Positions 36,701 through 47,100 of a stretch of DNA of 64,000 bases are shown here, piece after piece. A program made the translations under genes and the position numbers. The notes below the pieces were generated by a model, which saw only the letters and a list, made by a program, of their open reading frames with translations, was not told the origin of the DNA and made no database searches. Origin of the DNA: Spongospora subterranea f. sp. subterranea (Eukaryota); NCBI GenBank assembly GCA_049724395.1, contig JAUGWO010000058.1, positions 1 to 64,000 of the forward strand. Direction: 5' to 3'. Each line of letters starts with the position of its first letter. Positions within the stretch are counted from its first letter, which is position 1.

Positions 36701-38958
36701 GGGGATCGTCGTCTGATCCGCTCCGATGAACAGGTTCATGGGAAGGGCGGTGGTTCATGTTCACATCGGATATCGCCCACACCCGAATGTACTCGGGCTT
36801 CGAGATCGAGAAGAAGCGCAAGATCCATGGCCTGGTCGCCGACGTGCTGGAAGAGCGGAAGGTCCACGATAACGAACTTCTGGCACATCATTGGCGAATG
36901 GCGCGTAATTACGATAAAAGTATCGCGTATCAGGTGAAAGTCGCCCGACAGTTCCTAAAATCCAGAAACATTCGCAAGGTAAAGACGGCAATTGGCGAAA
37001 ATGGGAACAATGATGGGGATTAACCGGTTGATGAACAATTAGGCGATCACGTACTATAAAGGGGCGGTGGCGTCGTGGACGGTGTTGTCGCGACGACGAC
37101 CCAGTGTACCGCCATCGGTTGACAACACGTTCCAGTTTGAGAAGATCCATATGGAGTTGGCCGAGGCCTTCATCATCTGTGAAGAATATCAGTCGGCGAT
37201 CGAGTCGTTGACCGCTGTCCTAACCCAATCGCAATACCCCATCCCGATCAAGCAGAAACTGCCCCGATCGGTGGCCAAAGCGCGGCACTGGATCAGGAAG
37301 GTGTTCAAGACGTGGGACGAGAAGGGCCGATCCGATAACAGGATCGTCCCTGATCACGGGCGACAATTACCCAATAATCTATCTCATTCGGTGGGAGTCG
37401 ATAGCTCATCCAGCGCTCATTTGGCCGCCCGAGCATATATCGCATTCGCCCATTCCTGCATCATGATCATGTCGGCCAATCAGGGGTTCGATGCAGCCAT
37501 CAAGGCGGTGAATTGGGCCTATAAAACGGGCGATCCGCTGTTGATCGCCAACGCCAGCGCCACGATCAGCGACCTGTACTTGTGGCATGGGTGGACGGAC
37601 ATGGCGTCGTCGGCGATCGAGGGCGTCAAGCAATGCGATGTGATCACATTGCAGACAGCGATCATGGATATAACGCGAGGAAATTTCGCCATGGCTGAAC
37701 CCAAGCTGAAATCGTGCAATGTCAACAAGCTGATGATCGATAATCCAATGCTGTGGCGTCGCGTACTGTTAACTCAGGTCGGTCACAATGGGGAACAATC
37801 ACTCAACGCCCGTCGATCGCCATTCGTCTGAGCGGGATCGCTGTTCCTAGGTCCTGTTAGCGATATTACAAGAGGACCTGCACGTGGCGATCTACACGAT
37901 CGAGATGCTGGAGAAGGGTTCAGCCCAATACGGTGGCGAACCGTTAGCCCGACGCTGCTCGTCGTTGAGCGCGCTGATCGCGTTGCTGAGAAATAACCTG
38001 GATAACTGCATCACGTTGTTGCTTGGCGATAATCGTCAGGAGACCGAGCTATCGATCATGGGCCAGGCGATATTGTGTCTGGTCTATCTGCGGATGGGCC
38101 AGATATCGAAAGCGTCGGCGTGGTTTGGCACATTGTTCCTCGATTACGCATCAGAGACGTTCGTGGCCAGATGGGACGATGTGTATCAGCACGTTCTCAT
38201 GGCGGAATATCTGGTTCAAATTCTGATTGATGATCCAACGGCTCAGGACCGGTAATGATCCAGAACACATGTTCGGAACGCTAATCCCGCTCATGATCGT
38301 TATTGTCAACAGGCCGAATATGCCATCGTCGCCAATCAGCAGCCCCAAATCGAAACAACGACCGAACAACGTCATCACGAAGACGGAGACGAAAGAGATC
38401 GACACAGCCGAGGCCAGACGTCATCTAGCACTTGTCGTGAAGCGATTACGGGAGTTCGCCAGCCGGTATTCGTACGCCAAAGGACTCGCTGATCTCTATG
38501 GAGGATGTCTCGAGCTGATCGATGGGCGATCGATCGGATCTGGCACGACCTCCATAGGTCTGTTCGTGAAGGCGTTGACTGCATTGGAGGTGTCGGATCT
38601 GAGGTTCTTCGAAGCCAGAGCCCGTCTCCTGATAGGAAGCAATAATGGGTTTAGAGACCATCGCGATCATGATATGCTGATCGGCGCCAGACAATATTTC
38701 AGCACGGCTCGCAACCAGCACTACCTCAATCTGGTCGACGACGCCCTCCAGCGATTACCGCTAACGGATCTGTTCGCCAAGAGCAACGCTCGACGGGAGC
38801 GGATCATGTCGGATGTGGTGAGCGAGGCGGTCGCCGGTGCGTTCATCAAGAGAGGTAGTGTGCTGTCGACACGTCAGAATCGCGAGAGTTTTATAGAGGA
38901 ACCAACAGCTCGAACTGTTCGCAATCTCAGGATCGATAGTTCTGAGATGGACTCATAA
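24747..38958 (+). CDS. Giant soluble adenylyl cyclase (ADCY10-like, class III) with three STAND NTPase + TPR modules and a second degenerate cyclase pair; ~20 introns, roughly 4300 aa; start uncertain; two apparent frameshifts
   Basis: C1: LSDISGFTQLA...YGGDVTKFAGDALL...LHSGLSAG. C2: ERRQVTMVFINL...DDKGT...FGLP...GVTTG.AFCGSVG...EYAIVGD/VNLSARLM. Walker A motifs GDSGMGKT (26739), GQTGIGKS (29868), GPKGIGKT (35366). Most successive ORFs join in frame through GT-AG introns. Confidence 0.88.
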
Positions 38959-39702
38959 ACCATATGGCATCATTTAGCATATAGATATTGGATTATTCAT
39001 CATAAAACTAATAAATCATATATCAACAAATCCAATAAACGACAGGGCTTTGGCTAACAGATTCCAGAAAACGTCCTAGAGTAGGGTCCTTGAATATTGA
39101 TAAATTATAGACGTAATTTCATTCAAAGGTATCATTCATCAGTTTGAAAGGGTCGAGGTTAAATGCCACGTTTGCGCTAGCTGCATGCTTCAAGACCCTT
39201 CGAGAAGAAGGCCCAAAAAGCGAAGCCGATTTATATTTTCAAAATTCAGTTCGCCAATAACATCTGTGCCCATAGGGCATATAAACCTGGGTACATTGTA
39301 CGCTCGGCAGCCGAGAATGGTGAGGCAAATGTTCTTCATTTCCCTTTCGCACTGATTTATTGAAGGAACCAAGCACCAAAAACTCCCAAGGCAACAAGCC
39401 GGCGTGGCGTCAGGTGATCGACCTGGCGCAATCTTGACCAGTTCTGAATCAGTGCGAAAGGAAAATGAAGGACCTTCTTCTATTGCTCTGATAATCATAA
39501 TGTTGACCGGGTGCTAGGCTCCAACGTCAAAAATGCTCAAACGCCATATTAACCTTTATGCTGTGAAGAGTGAAGACTGAGCCCTACCGTGAGGACGGTA
39601 CGATCTATCGACGAGTGATATTGTCCAGAACACAAGAAGATCTTTTGATCGCGACATAGATCTACAAAATCAAATGGCCATATTTAGATATTGCATGGTT
39701 TT

Positions 39703-40526
39703 TTGACGCTGCAGTTTTTTGAGAATTTACAATGTGAAATGGTGGCGCCCCATTTTTCGATGAATGCTGCCATGTCGGAGCAGAAATGTTCCCTCTAGCA
39801 CGTTAAAATCGGTGTCTGAATTTGGTTGACGAACTGTCGTGCGCTTTCCCTCAATTCTGATTTTCGCGGCGGGACGACGCATTTGTTGGAGGCCTTGTTT
39901 GAACCGATGGCGCGACGACATCGCATTCCGAGCGATGCTCCAGCCTCTGGAATACAATCTCTGAAACCAATGAATTAATCTTTTCAAGGAGAGCAGGTGC
40001 CTGGCTGGCCAATAACGTCTGTGTTTCTTCAAAAGCGCTTCTGTTGAGAATACGTTGAAACAAGGCAGTAGACCTGATTTCTACTCACAGGACATCCGAC
40101 ACATACGACGAGGCCAGGACTGGCAAAGATTGCAACCTTAACCGACGCTACCCTCGACTGCAATCGACGTGCAGGCGTGCCATGTTGGCGCTAAAGACAG
40201 CACGTGACTTCCTGTTCTTTTAACGTGCGCCAACAGGTCTGCCGAATCCCAGTAGTAGAGCTGAGCATTCTTCATCGTCTTGTGCCGTGCACCTTGTCGA
40301 ATCGAGGTCGCCACCAAATTTTAGGCTGACAACATTAAGCTTCAGGAACCCACCGTCCCGCCGCGAAAATCAGAGTTGATGGAAAGCGCACGACAGTTCG
40401 TCAACCAAATCCAGACACCGATTTTAACGTGCTATCGGGAACGTTTCTGCTCAGACATGGCAGCAATCATCGAAACATGGGGCGTCATTTTCACATTCGA
40501 AATCGTCAAAAAAACTGGAGCGTCAA
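39703..40526. mobile_element. Non-autonomous foldback/MITE-like element with ~175-bp imperfect inverted arms (39703-39876, 40354-40526)
   Basis: CGTCCCGCCGCGAAAATCAGA...CGCACGACAGTTCGTCAACCAAAT...AGCGTCAA matches the reverse complement of the left arm with scattered mismatches. No coding domain or target-site duplication recognised. Confidence 0.7.
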
Positions 40527-40849
40527 TAGACGATAGCGATATAATGGATTGTATCAAGAAACATTAACTGGTCAATGACGCCGATACGATACGTGACCCA
40601 TCAACACAGTAGTAACACAGTGTTTCGATAATGACGACTGAGAAACGTTAGGTCAATATGAGTGGGGGATTCGCCCATTAAGCCCATGATGAGACGGGGG
40701 GACCTGATATGATTGTCCTCCTTCCCAGTCAGGTCTCGAAACTGTACTCGTTACCAAACGGAGTCAAGGAGAGGAGGACCCACGACTGACCCCAAGTCTT
40801 ATGATTCATGGTCAACATGCCGTACGGAGCTCGCTATCAACGATACAAC

Positions 40850-40859
40850 TGTACTGTAC
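40850..40859 (+). promoter_or_regulatory. Candidate upstream motif TGTACTGTAC; other copies at 922, 3964, 11019, 11741, 20949
   Basis: GTAC-W-GTAC lies about 25-145 bp upstream of the inferred start codons of eRF3, CHCHD2, INCENP and the decayed hAT, always with T as the central base on the sense strand. Confidence 0.4.
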
Positions 40860-40916
40860 TCACATTTTTATCGCGACACCGAACCACTGTTCATTGTTCA
40901 ATATTGATTGCAAATA

Positions 40917-42640
40917 ATGGCTGGATTCGATCCGAATGCGTCCGAATTTGTGCCTCGGTTCGGGGCTTCTGCATTCGTGCCAGCGGTCCAGGTAGGGGAA
41001 TCCTGGGATGATGAGGACGATGCCATTATGGAGAGCTTGGCTGCCGTGTCGTTCGACAAACAGGCCGTTGAAGTGGCCAAGGTTCAAATGGTAGCCAGTA
41101 GCGAGCCGGTCCAGGAAGCAGCCCCTAATCACGCAGGGAAACACACGGCCCCTGAGCCGGTTGCCGCTGAGGAGGAGGAGGAGGAGGAGGAGGAAGATGT
41201 TGAGGTGGATCCTTCTCTATATCACGATAACCGCGAGAATATCAATGTTGTTTTCATTGGTCATGTTGATGCTGGCAAGTCAACTATTTCGGGAAATCTT
41301 TTGGTCTTAACAGGACAGGTTGATCAACGCACAGTTCAGAAATACGAACGAGAGGCCAAAGGTTCTTTATCGGTTATTTTTTATGCATCCATCCAATTTA
41401 TTTTTGTAATGTTTCAGAGAAGAACCGGGAATCTTGGTTTCTTGCATATGTTATGGACACCAATGAAGAAGAACGAGTTAAAGGAATTACAACCGAGATG
41501 GGTAAAGCTTCGTTTGAGACTGCTTCCAAAAGATATACAATCCTGGATACTCCCGGACACAAGACATTAGTACCGAATATGATTATGGGAACCGCTCAGG
41601 CCGATATCGGGGTTCTTGTCATATCCGCTCGAAAGGGCGAATTTGAAACTGGGTTTGATCGCGGTGGTCAAACACGCGAGCATGCTCTTCTTGCCAAAAC
41701 GCTTGGGGTCGAAAAGCTTATTGTGGTGATCAATAAGATGGATGAACCGTCTGTCAAGTGGTCTGAAGAGCGTTATAATGAAATCGTCGGAAAGTTGAGT
41801 CCGTTCTTAAGACGGTGTGGATTCCAGTTAAAAAAATCTCTTTGGTTTTTGCCGTGCTCGGGAATAACTGGTGCTAATCTGATGGAACCAGTCAAATCAT
41901 CAGTTTGCCCATGGTGGAAGGAAGGTTTATCGTTGGTGAGCTTAATTGACTCGCTTCCGGCAGCCGGGAGAGATCCCAAAGCGCCTGTACGTATTCCCGT
42001 GTCTGGTCGTTATAAAGAGATGGGTAGCGTATTTATTATGGGGAAGCTTGAAGTGGGAACACTGACCATGAAATCCAAGCTGTGTCTAATGCCTGGAGGA
42101 ACACGAGTCGATCTGCTCAGCATTATAGCGGATGAGAAGGAGATCGAGTATTGCCGTCCTGGTGAAAACATTCTAGTTAAATGCCGCGGCATTGACGAAG
42201 AAGACGTTCGTGTTGGTATGGTTTTATGTCCAGTCAAAAGCCCATGTAGTGTGTCAAGTGAGTTTGAAGTTCAAATGCAAGTAACGGATTTACTCGAGCA
42301 CAAACCGCTTATCACTGCTGGATATCAAGCCGTAACTTCATATTCACAGTGTCATTGTCGAATGCCAGATCGTAAAATTATTGCACGAATTTGATGTACA
42401 AGGACGAAGGCGGAAGCGCCCCCCAGTGTTTGTCAAGTCAAACAGTATTGTAACCTGTGTTATTTCAGTCGAATACCCGATCGTTATCGAGGTACGCCTT
42501 TGTGTTCTATCTTAGTGGCATTTCTCATCAATTGCTATCAGACTTTTGCAACGCGTCCACAACTTGGCCGCTTAACGTTGCGCGATGAAGGGAAAACAAT
42601 TGCTATTGGGAAAGTATTATCTCTTGTGTCATCGACTTAA
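40917..42640 (+). CDS. SUP35: Eukaryotic peptide chain release factor 3 (GTPase); apparent extra base at ~42335
   Basis: PAM2-like [96 protein letters not shown]. Confidence 0.95.
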
Positions 42641-42908
42641 TTTTGAACAGCTATAAATTCCGATCATCTCAGTCATCTAAATCGTGCTGTTTCAACAGTT
42701 CAGATGAGCTCCGATTACGGTAGTGAAGCTTCTTATAGTAATAGATTCATCTACTGTCAACCATCTTGGTCGAGCGTATACTGAGTTGGGTTTTTCGTGA
42801 GCGACTTGTGTGTAGACGAACAATCAATCTGAGGGAATTAATCCGAAAGGGCAATCGCTTGAACAGTTGGCAGTGATTACTGTCGGGACGACCCCTGGTT
42901 GTCGATTA

Positions 42909-44093
42909 ATGGGTTTCAACTATTTAACTCATGTTCTGCGCCTCATTTCGTCTCACCTGCCATTCGAAAAGGCTCCGCTGCGTCGAATCAAACTTGAATC
43001 GATCTCTGGGAAACGACTAGCCATAGACGCCAACCTTTACGTTCACCACATCTATAAGAATTGGCCAGAGAAGGTCGGCGAGATATTTAGCGACTGGTCA
43101 AAATGGATTAAGCTAAACAATATCGAACCTGTTTTTGTGTTTGATGGGATTCCGAAAAAACACCTCAATTCATCTCGAGGGGCAGGTTTAACTTGTACCG
43201 TCTCTCATGCCAAGGCGGAAGGCAGATTACCAGGTAATCTCCTCATCCCAACTACTGATTGCACATCTCCTTCCAACGCCTTCAGCGCTAATCAACAAGT
43301 TGGTCGAGCCCATAACTGGGATTATATCAGGGAAGATTTGGTTGGAATGACACGACAACGAGCCATCAACGGTGGTGCATGGAGCAACGTCAAGAGAACG
43401 CTAGATAACGAAAATGTTGCCTGGATAAAGGCTAGCCATGATTCCGATTCGTTTTGTGCTTTGTTAGCCGACCCTCATCATAAGATTGTGGATGGAGTTG
43501 CATCGGAGGACAATGTCGGTTGGGTTATAATTCCCGGTTTATATATCTGACAAATTTTCAATTCCAGGACCTGACTGTCCTTGGTGTCAATCTTACTATT
43601 CGGGGGTTATTTGATGCGTTTATACGATCTCAGGACGAAATTCACGAGCTCGTTTTTAGCAACACACTGGACGCGCTTGGCTCACTAACCCATGAACAGT
43701 TTGTCAGGTTCTGCTTGGCCCTTGGATCTCGTGATATCGATGGATTTCTCAATAACAAGCCGATTTCAAATGAAAAAGAGGTCGGAATTGCGAACTGTAA
43801 AAGCATCGTTTCCACCAAGTTGATTCTCATTTGGCTTGCAGATCATGAATCTAGTCTCACAATTCAAAAACGAGGACCTGCAGAAAGTGGCGAGTAAAAA
43901 GTTGCAATACTATTTGAATAATATCAGTGCCGAAAATGTGGACTTGCTGTCTCCTGGAATCGACCGCGCTCTTTCACTGGTGGAATGGGCAGAGACGTTC
44001 AGAGTTAAACGTGCATACGCAACGATTGATCGCAGGTCGCGAGGCCGTCGGAATCGTGATGCCAAAGCTCAGGCGAACCGAAGAGTACATTGA
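42909..44093 (+). CDS. Divergent XPG/FEN1/Rad2-family PIN-like nuclease
   Basis: MG start; GKRLAIDANLY; IEPVFVFDG; ASHDSDSFCALL; VDGVASEDN|DLTVLG; LTHEQFVRFCLALG. Confidence 0.8.
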
Positions 44094-44155
44094 AAATGGG
44101 AAATAATTTATGTGTTTCACGTGCGATCTGAAATATATACCTGCTTGAGACTTTT

Positions 44156-47100
44156 TTACATCCATGGCATCCAACCTATGTAAACCTTAGCATCACGATG
44201 ACTTTTTGACAACGGGATGACGAAAATCATACCTGCAAACATGCGCCCTAGATTATCAGGTGAAAGTGCCTCTCGGATCAGGTGCTCGACGTAGCCCTCG
44301 ACTGAAACAGGTAATGTTGAATCACCAATCCGCCCCGCTAAACGTCGCTCAATGTTTGACATGGCTTTGTGCGCTCCTGGTGCTTGAAAATGTGAAGCAC
44401 CCATGGCAGTCCATTCAACAAGTGGATCATGGACAAATGTTTCTAGGCAGTTTTGAAGTACTTCTCGATTTTCCCGTAGAACTCGGAGAACAATCTGGCA
44501 ACATGCTCGAAACACACCTTCGACCTAGCCATGAGTCAGCACCTAATATTCGAAAGGTTCCAACCGACGTCATATATACGCGTGTAATTCCCATTCCGTC
44601 CACCGAATTTGGAGTCAGGCGAAACGGCACCACCTCGGGCACCTTGAGGTACAAACCTCGATCGAAAAGACAGTCAAAATCGACGTGAACAGCCTCACCA
44701 TTGTTTTGATCAACTAATTCGGGTGCATGTAAGATCTCAAACCGGACTCAAAGGTAAACTGGCAATTCCATACTGAGAATATTTTCGCCATGACGATCAC
44801 CTAATCCAACGATGTGACCTGTCATTGACCACGATGCCCATGATCTCGTAAAAATCAACCGATTTTCGTACCAACAACTAGACAAATGAGTCAACTAACT
44901 AAATCAGTAGGAAACACTGTTGCAAAAGGCGTACTTAGGTTCAGGAAAAGCATTAAGAAAGAATCGATGCATGGCTGGTGGGAATTTCTCCACTAGATAC
45001 GAATACCGGGCCGCAGGCTTTTTATGGTTTTCACCATAATACTTCAAAGCGTCACGAGTCTTGAACTCATTATCACGTTGGTAGAACTCCAAAAGGTTGC
45101 GAAAGCAAGACGTGTTCGGCACCCACTATTCAAGATTGTCAGCAGGCCAAGGAAAAATATAAGGAGACTACAACCTCAATAATGCCACAATCTTCACGAA
45201 GAGGAAGCACGGCGAAGGTTCTCAGTCGCAAACGCCGCTGACGGGCTGTACTGAGCAGTTAAAACGATGTCCAAGTGGGAGCGTCAAACTCACAATCTGG
45301 TGAAGTTTTCAGCAATCGGTTGACTACCGCGCAAACATCCATCATCCTTGAATTTTTTCTCATGTCTCCCTCCCCTTCAATTTTGCACAGAAACCAATGT
45401 CGGGTTCCGTCATTACCAATAAATTCGGCTTTCCGCGGGCGCTCTTTCGAGGACAAGACATACACAGTTTCGGATATATTCGCAAGCATTACAGGGGAGT
45501 CCTTGAAAGGGGCAACCGTCGTATTGATAGCTAAAGTACCTGAATACTCGTCCATCCTTTCCGGAATTGCGACTGTTAGCGTTGACTGAAGCGGGATGAT
45601 GAGGCAAGGATTGTTCTGGCGTAGATAACGTCGCAACGCGGCGGGAAGGCGCATCACTTTGAGGTCCGAAGCAACAGGTGCGGTGCACAGTTCGATTAGC
45701 ATTCTTAGGATTTTCTGTGCATGGTGAAGTTCCTCAAGAGCGCTAGAAGATAAGCTTGAGCTAATTGCCCTGAGTATAGCGGTAATACGGCCGCGGCGAT
45801 GTTCACTTTTGAAGTTATTCACAGTAGCGACTAGCCATGTGCATTGGCGCGGATGTGCTATGAAAGTTTGAATGATAACCGAGCGGAGAAAAGAATAGAC
45901 CGCATTGTTATCGTTTTGAAGCCGAGAAATTAATTGCGATAGGACGACGAACCAATTATGAGCTGGAACTTTCAACGCCCATTCTTGCATCCATACTTCC
46001 ACATCGCTGGTCTTAGTGGGTCCTGCTTTCGAATTAGTTTTGGGAGCAGGATTTGGAGCGAGAACATTAGCATGATCACACCAGAGTGTTACGATTCTGG
46101 GCAAGGTTTCGTAGACATAAGAGGCTCCTGACATGACAGCGGAACCATAATTATGTATGATTTCAGGAACAAGACGCACAATCTGGTCCCGACGAGTCTT
46201 ATCGGGGATACCGGGCTCATTTAACGCAGAGCGCAAAAGCATGTCACTGAAAGAGGCCCACAGAAAATGAGCTTTCCCAGAACTGGGATCGTGCGATATT
46301 GCACGGCGGTAACAGGACAGAACAGATTCTGACATTCGCGATGCACTCTGTTGCATGTATTGTCCTACAAGACATGTCATATTGCTAAGCTCAAGCATGC
46401 GTTCAGCAGATAGATTGCCCATCACAATGGCACTATTGCTGTTTAAATGTTCTTCGAGAACATGTAGAGCCTGATGAAGCAAACCTTGAGAACGAAGAAG
46501 CTCAGCCTGTTCAATGCCCGTATTCCGAACTTGGAGGCGCTGCGCACGTAGAACTGCATAAGCCCCTTGTTCAAACTCATTCGCCTGTCTGGCTTCACGT
46601 GCAATTTCGAGCCAGCATCGGCCAGCCATCTCCGGCCAGTCAAGTTGCTCGAATAAAAGTCGGTACAGCGACAATGGCAGTTCACGAACAATAAAGTTCG
46701 ACTGCATATTTGAGATGGTCTGCAGCCATGGCCATTGTTGCCGACTGGTCACCTTCGTTAAGGCAATAGTCAATCCGTGCAAGGACTGAAGCTGCACCCA
46801 GAAAGGATAAGCGCGCATGTATGATTCTTGAGCGGCCGCTGCGAGCCTGTTCATAATATTTGATCGAACGCTAGACAACGCTAACTGTATTTCGGAGGCA
46901 TCGGTAGAACGCCATGAAAGTAGAACCTTGCCAAGCCCGCATTCAAACGATGTTGGGTCAGGATGCTGCAATGTGAAAATGGAAAGCGACGACCAGTTTG
47001 CAGCTCTCCAAGATGCAGATATGCCAAGAGAGGCGATGCGACAACGAACAACATGAGGTTGGCATTGGTCGGAAAGTAGGGCGCTGGCCTCTGACACACA

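Noticed and set aside
24747..38958. Bacterial contaminant or recent bacterial transfer of a cyclase-STAND gene
   Set aside because: About 20 GT-AG introns join the ORFs in frame; no operon structure or flanking bacterial genes.
41170..41193. (GAG)8 run
   Set aside because: Ordinary poly-Glu tract in the eRF3 N-terminal region.
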